NCBI GenBank assembly: GCA_964016885.1
Contig: OZ024742.1
Coordinates: 219,356,001-219,420,000 of the forward strand
Length of the DNA stretch: 64,000 nt
Direction of reading: 5' to 3'
Source of the DNA: Eledone cirrhosa
Lineage: Eukaryota
How positions within the stretch are numbered: position 1 is the stretch's first letter; each line of letters begins with the position of its first letter. The position numbers were made by a program, and so were the translations under genes. Below are positions 25,615 to 37,553 of the stretch, one piece after another. Under the pieces are notes generated by a model. That model had not been told where the DNA came from. It did not search any database and saw nothing but the letters and a program-made list of their open reading frames with translations.

Positions 25615-26878
25615 GAGAGGAAGAAAGAGAGAGAGAGGAGGAGAAGAGAGGAGGAGGAGGAGGAGGAGAGAGGAGGAGGAGGATGAGAAGGGAGGAGGAG
25701 GATGAGAAGAGAGGAGGAGGAGGAGGAGAAGAGAGGAGGAGGAGGATGAGAAGAGAGGAGGAGGAGGATGAGAAGAGAGGAGGAGGAGGAGAAGAAGAGA
25801 AAGAGAAGGAGAAGGAGGAGAGAGAGAGAGAGGAAGAGAGAGAGAGAGAGGAGGAGAGAGAGAGAGAGGAGGAGAGAGAGAAGAGGAAGAGGAAGAGGAG
25901 GAGAGAGAGAGGAGAGAGAGGGGAGAGGAGGAGGAGAGAGAGCGAGGAGAAGAGAGGAGAGAGAGAGGAGAGGAGGCGAGGCGAGAGGAGAGGAGGCGAG
26001 GAGAGAGAGGAAAGAGAGAGGAGAGAGAGAGGAGGCGAGGAGAGAGAGGAGAGAGAGAGGAGGCGAGAGAGAGGAGGCGAGGAGAGAGAGAGGAGGCGAG
26101 GAGAGAGAGAGGAGGCGAGGAGGCGAGGAGGAGAGGCGAGGAGGCGAGGAGGAGAGGCGAGGAGGAGAGGCGAGGCGGGGCGGAGAGGGAGGAGGAGAGG
26201 GGGGCGAGGGCGAGGAGGGAGAGGGGAGGGCGAGAGAGAGGAGAGCGAGAGAGAGAGAAAAAAGAGAGAGAGGAAAGGAGAGAGAGAGAGAGAGGAAAGA
26301 GGAAAGAGAGAGAGAGAGGAAAGAGGAAAGAGAGAGAGAGAGAGGAAAGAGGAAAGAGAGAGAGAGAGGGGGGAAAGAGAGAGAGAGAAGAGAGAGAGAA
26401 AAGAGAGAGAGAAGAGAGAGAGAGAAGAGAGAGAGGAGAGAGAGAGAGGAGAGAGAGAGAGGAGAGAGAGAGAGGAGAGAGAGAGGAGAGGAGAGAGAGG
26501 AGAGAGAGGAGAGGAAAGAGAGAGAGGAGAGAGAGGAGAGGAAAGAGAGAGAGGAAAGAGAGAGAGGAAAGAGAGAGAGGAAAGAGAGAGAGAGGAAAGA
26601 GAGAGAGAGGAAAGAGAGAGAGAGGAAAGAGAGAGAGAGGAAAGAGAGAGAGAGGAAAGAGAGAGAGAGGAAAGAGAGAGAGAGGAAAGAGAGAGAGAGG
26701 AAAGAGAGAGAGAGGAAAGAGAGAGAGAGAGGAAAGAGAGAGAGGAGAGAGAGAGAGGAGAGAGAGAGAGGAGAGAGAGAGAGAGGAAAGAGAGAAAGAG
26801 AGAGAGAGAGAGGAAAGAGAGAGAGAGAGGAAAGAGAGAGAGAGAGGAAAGAGAGAGAGGAAAGAGAGAGGAAAGAAA
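25615..26878. repeat. ~1.26 kb GA-rich polypurine low-complexity tract
   Basis: Nearly pure G/A on the + strand, including (GAGAGAGAGGAAAGA)n units. Confidence 0.95.
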
Positions 26879-27219
26879 AAAATAAATTTTAATCTTAATC
26901 AATGTTTCACAGAATGCCTGGAGTGATGGCAATTTGGATCAGTGGTAATGGTGGTGGGGAAGGGGAACTAGAGTGGTGAATGCAAGCAGGAAAAATTTAA
27001 TTAAAAGGAAAACAAGTATAGATTTAAAGTGCAAGATCATGATTTGAAGTGCAACAAATCAGCATATGAAACTAGGAACTATAAAAACTTCAGAGGTGCA
27101 CAAAATAAAAGCTAAGTTTGAGAATAGCTATCATAAATAAGGATTCATAATGGGTATTAGTAAAAATAAAAACTGAGTGAAATAACTAAATATATAAAAC
27201 AAGTATAAATTACCCTTAA

Positions 27220-27434
27220 CCCTTTAGCATTCACATTACTCTATATATACTATTATATTTTCATGGTAAAGGCTTTGCCTCGCATAATTATCTCACATAA
27301 TATCGAATCTGAGATTTTGAAAGTATTTATTTTAGAGAATACCTTAACATCAGTCTGAGTGACCAGTTACAGCCAGTTTCAACAGAAAAAGGAAGAGAAT
27401 TCTGGCGGGTTTGGCCCGTTTGAACATTAAAGGG
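27220..27434. mobile_element. piggyBac-like MITE
   Basis: TTAA-CCCTTTAgcaTTCA ... TGAAcatTAAAGGG-TTAA; related ends at about 13751 and 39366. Confidence 0.7.
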
Positions 27435-28367
27435 TTAATTGATCATTAACATTGAATCAAGGTAAAAGAATTATATACATCCACTTTAATATACGTAATA
27501 TCATTAAGAAAAGTTCAAATAGCTTTCAATATTCTTCAAGAGTAATAAATAATAATGTTAGCAGTTGAAACTAATAGCATTATGACATATATTATTTTCT
27601 TTTTGTAACTTTATGTAACACGACCATCTGTTCTGCTTGTGCTATCAAACAGAATGTATTGTTGCATTAAAGCAGGCCACTGCTAACAATTTCCTTCATT
27701 TATATAAATAGTCTTTCATTTTCTTTTGTATATTTTACTATTCATAGTAAGACTAAAGTAGTATAGTTAATATGAAGCATTGCGAGATGTAATAAACGAT
27801 TGATAAATTGTACCGGCTTCCAAAAAACTTATTAAATTAATGACTATTTTCTATAATTAATGTCAATATTTTTTTTAAAATTGAGATCATGGAAATCTCT
27901 CACTTCCAATGCCTGTTCACAATGAAAATAAAAAACAAATCTAATCAACCTAAAGTGACATAATTAAAGTTAAAGAGGAAAACTAAGAGAATTAACATGT
28001 TATTGCCAGAATTATAACAAAGAAAATCTAATAACAAAGAAAATCTAAATACAGTCTTCAGCAACACGAAAATGCTAATAATAAATAAGTTTTAGAATTA
28101 TTAATTATTTAGAAAGAAGAGTAACCAATATACATTAAAAGACATAATTACACATCCTAGCAAGATTTATGATAGTCAGAGGAGAAGTATAATTCATAGA
28201 GAAACAATGCAAGAGATCTAAGAAGATTGGTTTGAGCTTCTATACTAAGTGGTCAGTAGTGAAACACCTTACCTTCACAACCACTATACCCTGAAATATC
28301 ATGTTAAAATACACTGGGTAAAACACTACTTTATTTTGTTTCATTTGTCATCATTTGCCCTTATTTT

Positions 28368-28549
28368 CTTGGCAGTATCGGTAGAGAGTCGGACGCCATG
28401 CTTTCCAGCATAGTTACGTCCCTTTACGATCTGAGTTCAAATCCCGCCGAGGTTGACTTTGCCTTTCATCCTTACGGGGGTCGATAAAATAAAGTACCAG
28501 TAATGCACTGGGTAATTGCTGGCCTTGTGCCTAAAGTAGAAACAATTAT
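28368..28549 (+). mobile_element. SINE family A, near full length
   Basis: A-box TGGCAGTATCGG, B-box GAGTTCAAATCC, central domain. Confidence 0.85.
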
Positions 28550-30747
28550 TTTCTACGGCATTGTACCAGCTTTTTGATAATTATCGGTCTTTTACCACTA
28601 TACCCAGTTTCTATACCAAGTGGTCAGAAGTGAAACACCCTTAGCTTCACAATCACTATACCCAGTTTCTATAAATTCATACAGAATCATCTAAAAGACA
28701 GTGAACATAGACATATCATTGAGTAAAATATAGAGCTGCCCAAGGATTTTATTAGATTTTGTGGCTTTATCAAGATTTCTTCTTCACACACATATTCCTG
28801 GGAGGGTCGTGGGGGAAGAGTCCTCAAACACTCCTTCCAATGGGTCCTGCCAGAAGTAACAATTTTCAATTGATCCAACTGGATCCCCAAGCGAGACCTG
28901 CTGAGCTAATGGATGCTATCCATTCATCTTGCTCAGGGTCATGCTGGCACTTGAAACTAATAGATTTCAACAGCTAAATTTCATGTGAAGTGAAATAAGA
29001 TGACGATTTCTGTTCAAATACTAGTATATTCTGTAAGGGTAGACCTATTCACAAAATCTACAATACTGCCTTTCAGTGTGTCCCAAATATGAAACATCTC
29101 CTCCCAAAACCCCAATAACTATTTTCCACATCTAAGTGAATGAAGGCAATATAAAATTGTGTCCTACTCACTACTCAGAAACAACATAACCACATTTGAA
29201 CTCACAACCCAGTGGTCTATTCGACCTCTATACAAGTAGAGCTATTAGCTTGACTATAAAATTCGGCTAAGTGAACTCATTGTCATAATTCAACGAAATC
29301 ATAACCAGAACAACAAACTATAAAAATTAATAAATAGACTTAAGACTTATCTAAATGTAACTTCCATTACTGTCACACCTTAATACCTTAGCTCAAACAT
29401 GTCACCATTTTAAACCCCCCCCCCCCCCAAAAAAAAAACCTATGCCAGCATGTTGGGGATGAAAAGAGTTAAATTTAATTAGAAATTTTATACTTTTAAT
29501 TTGCAGAATAATGCTTGTTTTGGTCAAGATTAATTCTGAAATATTGATCTAGTAGATTAATCTAATTAAGCTTAAATTTAATTTAATCAGTTAATGTATT
29601 GTTTAAATGACTATTAAAGACTTGCTTAGATTAATTAAGTTTAAGAATTTCTAATTAGTTGCATTAATTTTTGTGTAAACTATCTTTATGAAGTAAATCA
29701 CATGAGACTTTGTTGAGATATTCAATACCATCCCCCTCTGCACCCCCCCCCCCACACACACTCAAGAAATTTTATGACTTTCTTTTCAAGCACTTTTAAT
29801 TGATGTACATAATTGTTACTAATACATTGATATAGTTTTAATAAGCTGACAAGCCAAATTTTTTTTTTTTTCTAGGTTGAAGGTCTGGGCCGCTACAGCA
29901 CATTAACCACTACTCAACATACACATCTTGTCACAGCTGACTGGTTCCACAATACAGTCAGGACATGAGGACAATTTGGAGGCTTGAGATGCAAGATAGT
30001 TTTGCGTCAAGAGCAAAAATTGCTGCTGTATAAAAAGGAGCAGGGCGATCAGAGTTGATGGAAGCTATGGCATATGAAAATCTAGGAAGACCTGGGATGA
30101 GGTGATAAAAGCTGACCTTGCATAATTGCACCTCCCAAAGACAATGACACAGGATTGAGATCTTTGGTGTTATGCAGTAACACAGAACACCTGCCTTCCC
30201 ATGTGCACGGACTGAAGCATTCATCTAGTATGCACAGCTTAACCAATATCCTCCCCCCCCTTTCATACACCTCCTACGCCCTAATGCCCTCAGATCTGAT
30301 CACACAACCCTTCTCCCATACCATTACACCTTTGCCCCAGTCCCCAGTGTAAAGTGGTTGTGAAGGTGTCATAACAAAAAAGCACTCAGCCAACACTGTA
30401 AATGTGGTTGGCATTAGGAAAGGCATCCAGCCATAGAAACCAAGCCAGAAACTGCGAAAAAGATATGGTCACTTGACCCGACTTGCCTCAAACAGGTCAA
30501 CCTGTCTAATACTAGCTACCATGGAAAATAGATGTTAAACGATGATGATCATGTGTGTGCGCGTGCATGTGTGTGTACACACACAGAGAAAGAGGCATAT
30601 ATACACATATATACCTATTGTATGAATTTATGAACCAAATGAGAGAAAGCAGATACTCTACATTTAAATGCCATTTAGGTTATTTTGTTTTAGTTCCACT
30701 TAAAACCAAGAAAAAAAACAAATATATATATATATATATATATATTT

Positions 30748-31360
30748 GCTGTATAACAAAGTGCAGGGCAATAAAGATAGACGGTAGCCACGGAATAGGC
30801 AGACCTAGAAAAACCTGGGACGAGCTGATAAACTCCGACCTCACACACTTACACCTCTCCAAGACAATGTCACTGGACCGAGACCTTTGGCGGTACTCAG
30901 TAACAGAGAGGACCCGCCTTACCACCGAGACCTTTGGCGGTACTCAGTAACAGAGAAGACCCGCCTTACCTAAATATATAGTAAAACCTACTCCAGCCAG
31001 TAGGCATCTCTAACAAAATACACCCCGTCCCACCACCACCACCCCATCCACACCACCCCGTTCTATGTAAAGTTATGTTGGTGCCGCGCCATCCAGGCCG
31101 AAACAAATGAGATCGTGTAGGTGTCACGACAAAAAAAACAGTCCACGCTGTAATGTGGCTGTGTAGGCAACACGGTAAAAACCTCCCAGACCCACACTGT
31201 AATTGTGGTTGGTGTTAGGAAGGGCATCCAACTGTAGAAAACCTGCCAGACAGTCCTATGCGAGCAAGACAATCACTCTTGCCTCAAGTGGGACTACCCC
31301 CGTCCAAACCCATGCAAGCGTGGAACACGGACGTTAAACGTTGATGATGATGATGATGAT
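30748..31360 (+). mobile_element. RTE LINE 3' fragment with a short internal duplication
   Basis: Same family as 32547-34270, opposite orientation; ACCGAGACCTTTGGCGGTACTCAGTAACAGAGA occurs twice. Confidence 0.9.
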
Positions 31361-31364
31361 TTGA

Positions 31365-31473
31365 ATTAAGACTCAAAGCAAATTCCTGCACTTAGATATA
31401 TTCACAGCGTTTCATATAAATATCTGCAGCCCAAGAGTTTATTGTTCCATTCTGCTGTGTAAAGGCCACAGAA

Positions 31474-31510
<37 letters not shown>

Positions 31511-31900
31511 AAAGAATAGAGGTGTAACACACAAGTTATTATATATTGGTAAACGGAATAGAAAATGCTGACAAATTGTTCACAGTTGAAAAATAGTTTA
31601 ATTAGGAATAAAAGAGGATTAGTAATTGTATTGGTTAGTAATCAGTTTTGGTTTTAAGTTTTACCGGTTGCGCATTTCTAAATGCTTTTCAAAAATAATT
31701 TTGAGATAGAGCGTCCGTGTTGTTTGCTCAAACAACACGGACGCGCTATCTCAAAATTATTTTTGAAAAGCATTTAGAAATGCGCAACCGGTAAAAACTT
31801 AAAACAACAACTAAATACTAACCAATACAATTACTAATACTCTTTTATTCCTAATTAAACTATTTTTCAACTGAACAATTTGTCAGCATTTTCTATTCCG

Positions 31901-31948
<48 letters not shown>

Positions 31949-32130
31949 TGCACATATATGATGATATTTGTTTGTATGTGTGTATAATTATATACCATTC
32001 AATGTATCTGTCCCTACTTTCTTCTGTGGCCTTTTCACAGCAGAATGGAATAATAAACTTTTGGGCTGCAGATATTTATACAAAACGCTGTGAATTTATC
32101 TAAGTGCAGGAATTTGCTTTGAGTCTTAAT
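31365..32130. repeat. Element with ~110 bp terminal inverted repeats (31365-31474 / 32021-32130)
   Basis: ATTAAGACTCAAAGCAAATTCCTGCACTTAG... mirrored at the right end. Confidence 0.85.
31549..31905. repeat. Near-perfect palindrome, ~178 bp arms, 2-nt spacer at 31727-31728
   Basis: Centre ...CGTCCGTGTTGTTTG-CT-CAAACAACACGGACG...; pairing continues to both ends with a few indels. Confidence 0.92.
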
Positions 32131-32145
32131 ATATATATATATATA

Positions 32146-32447
32146 TTAAAATAGATTAAAGTTTAAGCAAAGAATCGCTGCTTTCACCCTTAACGGGATC
32201 TTCTGAAACTAACAAAGTCAATCTGTAAACGCAGAAGTGAATATTTCGTTGCAACCGGAGGAAGACAGGAAGACGATACTTTGGTTCGTGGAAACGTTCC
32301 CTATGCAAATAAGTACTTATTTGCATAGGGAAATACGTTTTTTGAAATATTCACTTCTGCGTTTACAGATTGACTGTTAGTTTCAGAAGATCCCGTTAAG
32401 GGTGAAAGCAGCGATTCTTTGCTTAAACTTTAATCTGTTATTTTAAT
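32146..32447. repeat. Palindromic element with degenerate hammerhead motifs
   Basis: Arms about 32153-32248 / 32344-32436 and a perfect 36 bp central palindrome at 32297-32332. Confidence 0.9.
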
Positions 32448-32546
32448 AAATATTTGCTCTACGGTTCTTATATATTTGATATATATTTATCCTTATCGAG
32501 CCCTCTTTGGATTTTAGTCTTCAAATTTATTATTATTACTATATAT

Positions 32547-34267
32547 ATCATCATCATCATCATCAACGTTTAACGTCCGTGTTCCACGCTTGCATGGGTT
32601 TGGATGGGGGTTTTCCCACTCGAGGCAAGAGTGTTTGTCTTGCTCGCATAGGACTATCTGGCAGGTTTTCTACAGCTGGATGCCCTTCCTAACACCAACC
32701 ACATTTACAGTGTGGGGCTGGGAGGTTTTTACTGTGTTGCCTACACGGCCACATTACAGCGTGGACTGTGTCTACACGATCTCATTTGTTTCGGCCTGGA
32801 TGTTGTGGCACCAACATAACTTTACATTGAAGGGGCGGTGTGGATGGGGTGGGGGTGGGTGGGACGGGGGTGTATTTTGTTAGAGATGCCTACTGGCTGT
32901 AGTAGGTTTTACTTTGTATTTAGGTAAGGCGGGTCTTCTCTATTACTGAGTACCGCCAAAGGTCTCGGTCCAGTGACATTGTCTTGGAGAGGTGTAAGTG
33001 TGTGAGGTCAGAATTTATCAGCTCGTCCCAGGTTTTTCTGGGTCTGCCTACTCCGTAGCTACCGTCTATCTTTATTGCCCTGCACTTTGTTATACAGCTG
33101 TCGTCTTTCATGCGCATCACGTGACCATACCAATGTAGCCTTCTCTCGAGTAAACAACATCTGATCCCTCTTATTTCTAATTTTTTCCTTAGTTCGCTTA
33201 TGCTTTGGTGTTCATGTATGTTACTATTACACATCCAGCGGAGCATGCAAGCTTCGTTCCTCTCTAGTCTGCGTATATCTTCTGCACACAATGCGCAGGT
33301 CTCACTGCCATGCAACATTGCTGTTCGTATGCAGGCATCATACAACCTGCATTTCATTCTTAGGGAGAACCCTTTAGCGGCTAATAGTGGTATAAGCTCT
33401 CTGAAGTTTTTCCAACCAGTTCCGACTCTAGCTATTGTACTTTCAGAGCACCCTCCCCCACTGCTGATTTTGTCGCCCAGGTAACGGAAGCTGTCCACTA
33501 TTTCTATAGAACCCTCTGCGCAATTGAAAGAGCTAGTATTTTGTGGGCACTTGCTGCTACTTATTGCACCAGAGCACCGGCCACATGTAAAATCTATGTT
33601 CTTAGTTAGCTTACCTGTGATCCCACTACATCTTTTATGCACCCATACTTTGCATTTGGGACATAAAATGGAGTTTCTACCTACGCCTTTCCTACACACT
33701 GAGCATTGCCATTTCCCGGAAGGGACCGGCGCCTTATTTTCTTTCCTACAAACTAGAACTTTAGTCTTAGCCAGGTTAATTTTAAGGCCTTTTGATTCTA
33801 GGCCGTGCTTCCATGTTTGGAATTTCTTCTCTAGCTCGGCCATTGATTCAGCTATGAGCGTTAGATCATCTGCGTATAGGAGTTCCCATGGGCAGCCGGT
33901 CTTGAACTCCTCTGTTATAGCCTGAAGGGCAATAATAGGAGGGGGCTAAGAACAGAGCCCTGATGGACACCAACTTTTACGCTAAACTCTTCACTATATT
34001 CGTTGTTAATTCTAACCTTGCTGACTGTTTCTTTATACATGGCTTGTATAGCTCTGACAAGCCATTCGTCAACACCTAGTTTTCTAAGAGCCCACCAGAT
34101 AATGGAACGGGGGACTCTGTCGAAGGCTTTCTCCAGGTCAACAAAAGCTAAGTATAGGGGTTTACTTTTAGCTAGGTACTTCTGTAGTTGTCGTACAATG
34201 AAAAGAGCGTCTGTGGTACTTTTGCCTGACACAAACCCGAACTGCATTTCATCTAGATCAATTCTCT

Positions 34268-34270
<3 letters not shown>
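32547..34270 (-). mobile_element. 5'-truncated RTE-clade LINE (reverse transcriptase pseudogene)
   Basis: QFGF..GKSTTDA, AFVDLEKAFDRVPR, GVHQGSVLSPLL, WELLYADDL, Cys-rich insert, WYGHVMR; frameshift near 33930-33938; (GAT)n tail. Confidence 0.95.
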
Positions 34271-34311
<41 letters not shown>

Positions 34312-34316
<5 letters not shown>

Positions 34317-34462
34317 GTGGCTACACAACAGTGAGTTCACCATACCAAGAACAATTGTTTCACCTTAGCAGATCCTCAGCTCGTAATTTACGAGCTGAGG
34401 ATCCGCTCAGGATAAACAATTGTTCTCGGTATGGTGAACTAACTGTTGTGTAGCCACTTCTA
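34312..34462. repeat. 151 bp palindrome between (TA)n tracts, centred at 34387
   Basis: TAGAAGTGGCTACACAACAGT... / ...ACTGTTGTGTAGCCACTTCTA. Confidence 0.92.
34346..34383 (-). ncRNA. Minimal type I hammerhead ribozyme motif (Penelope-like-element style)
   Basis: CGAG-CTGAGGA-TCTGCTAAGGT-GAA-ACAATTGT-T-CTTG: intact CUGAnGA/GAAA core, palindromic stem III, GUU triplet, weak stem II. Confidence 0.65.
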
Positions 34463-34514
34463 CCTCACTCGTCCCATGGGCTGAGTGCTCTACCACTACG
34501 GATATTACCTTCCA

Positions 34515-35083
<569 letters not shown>

Positions 35084-35430
35084 TCATCATCATCATCATT
35101 TCATTTTACGTCCACTTTTCCCTGCTTGCAAGGGTGGGACGGGAACTGATTCTGGCTTGATTTCTACAGCTGGATGCCCTTCCTAACACCAACCTCATTT
35201 ACAGTGAGTGCTGGGTGCTTTTTTTTTGCCGTGGCACCTCCACGACCACTTTGCAGTGGAATGATAGTGACCCCAGTCCCTATCATCTCATTTCTACAGC
35301 TGAGTAAACTGGAGCAATGTGAAATAAAGTGCCTTGCTCAAGGAAACAACACATCACCCGGTCTGAGAATTGAACTCACAACCTTTCGATTGCAAGGCCA
35401 ATGCTCTAACCACTAAGCCATGTGCCTCCA
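35084..35430 (-). mobile_element. SINE family B, full length
   Basis: Reverse complement of 8928-9305, embedded in (TA)n. Confidence 0.88.
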
Positions 35431-35444
35431 TATAGATATATGTG

Positions 35445-35477
<33 letters not shown>

Positions 35478-35588
35478 GTGTATATATATATGTGTATATA
35501 TATATATATATGTGTATATATATATATATATATATGTGTATATATATATGTGTATATATATATATATATATATGTGTATATATATGTG

Positions 35589-35635
<47 letters not shown>

Positions 35636-35662
35636 GTGTATATATATATGTATATATATGTG

Positions 35663-35693
<31 letters not shown>

Positions 35694-35715
35694 GTGTATA
35701 TATATATATGTATAT

Positions 35716-35749
<34 letters not shown>

Positions 35750-35773
35750 ATGTGTATATATATATATGTATAT

Positions 35774-35807
<34 letters not shown>

Positions 35808-35824
35808 ATGTGTATATATATATG

Positions 35825-35855
<31 letters not shown>

Positions 35856-35958
35856 GTGTGTATATATATATATGTGTGTATATATATATGTATATATATA
35901 TATATGTATATATATATATGTGTATATATATATATATATATGTGTATATATATATATA

Positions 35959-36001
<43 letters not shown>

Positions 36002-36016
36002 GTGTATATATATATA
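35431..36016. repeat. (TA)n/(TG) microsatellite
   Basis: Direct inspection. Confidence 0.97.
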
Positions 36017-37532
36017 CACACACATACATCTATACACTGTAATACAAACACACACATTGAAATGCAAGCATGCATATACATGCAGTAATATATAAGCAAA
36101 TACAGAAACTGATACTCAAGCACATAAACACAAATGCACACATACACTCCTCCACATACACACCACACACGCATTAAAATAGAAACAAATATTCTTGCTG
36201 AAAATAGTTGACATTATTATATGAAGGCAGGTACAATAGTAATATATACAAATGTTATCAGTACATTTTATGTAACAAAATCTTCAGACTAAAGCTATAA
36301 CAGATAGAAATTAGATAAGAAACCAACTAAATCATAGACAATGTTTGGAAGTAAAATATAATTTGTGATCAACAACCAAAATGTTTTGGTTTAGAATTTG
36401 AATTGTTATGGTAACTACAAATTTTTTGATTGAATGAATATAAAACAATTATAATATAATGATTATATTAAAAGCTTGACTCCCCATACCTTGGTATTAC
36501 TATCAATATGAAACCCAACCAGTACCGACTGTATCTAACCAAGACAAGCCATATCTTGATATTATTATCACTATGAAATCCAACCAGTACTGTCTGTACT
36601 TAACTAAGACAACACTTATCTCATCTTCATAGAAGTATCTGATAGGTCTCTTAGACAGTTTAATGAGAGGAGTCTCAATCCTATCATATCATTTTTCTCA
36701 TGACAGGGGGAATGATTTAAACTTAGAACATAGAGCCAGAACAGATACTGCAAGGAGTTCCAGCCCCATAACTCACTACCTTGAACTGCAGCTTTACAAA
36801 CCTCAAAAGGACATAAGGCAAAGTTGATCTCATTAAGACAAACTCAGAGCACATACAGCTACAACAAACACCACACAGTATTTAATTCAATGCTCAAATA
36901 TCCACTAATTTACTGTCTTATACACACATGCTATGTATATGTGTTTTCTCCACATGACTGAATACATGTGTTTTTATGTTTCTTTTTAAATTGTTTTCCT
37001 TTCCTTCCTCTTCTCACTATCTATTTCATCTTTTATTTCCCATTCTATCTTCTGATGACAGAGTAGTGTCCGAAACATTAAAACTCTACTATATCAAGCG
37101 TTAAATTAATATATTCATTGTACTGTGTCAATTGCTTTGTTATTTCCGTTTACCTTTTGTATATATATATATATATATATATAACAAAATGGACATTAAA
37201 CATTGATGATTAGAGATTTCCATCATGCCAAGCAATAATTTGGAAAGTCAATATATATGATGAGAACATTTATTCATTGAGGCTGTGGAAATTGTATAGA
37301 AATATGTGAATTAAGATTGAGAAATGATTTGAAATGAAATAGAACTGATGTGGTTGCTGGTGTATGTGTATGTAGGGAGATGTGAATTAATGATGGAAAA
37401 TCAACTGGAATGGTGCATGTGTGTGTAGAAATATGGGAAACAATAAGATTTGTCCTAAAGCAGAATATTTCTGAACAGCTGAACAACTAAACAACGAGAT
37501 TACAGAACTGATCACACAGAAAAATAACTTAC

Positions 37533-37553
37533 CTATATCAGAGGAACTTAAAT
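37533..37553 (-). CDS. Candidate 21-nt microexon (D)LSSSDI(G)
   Basis: ttttccattttag acceptor, AG|gtaagt donor, symmetric phase 1-1 matching the host intron, no stop. Confidence 0.55.

Noticed and set aside
25556-26932. Long ORFs of 374-458 aa (ER-rich or SL-rich)
   Set aside because: Translations of a GA low-complexity tract that lacks stop codons by composition.
31400-31435. Hammerhead in the 110 bp inverted repeat (CTGCAGA...GAAAC on minus)
   Set aside because: Core is altered and no stem I or NUH site can be formed.
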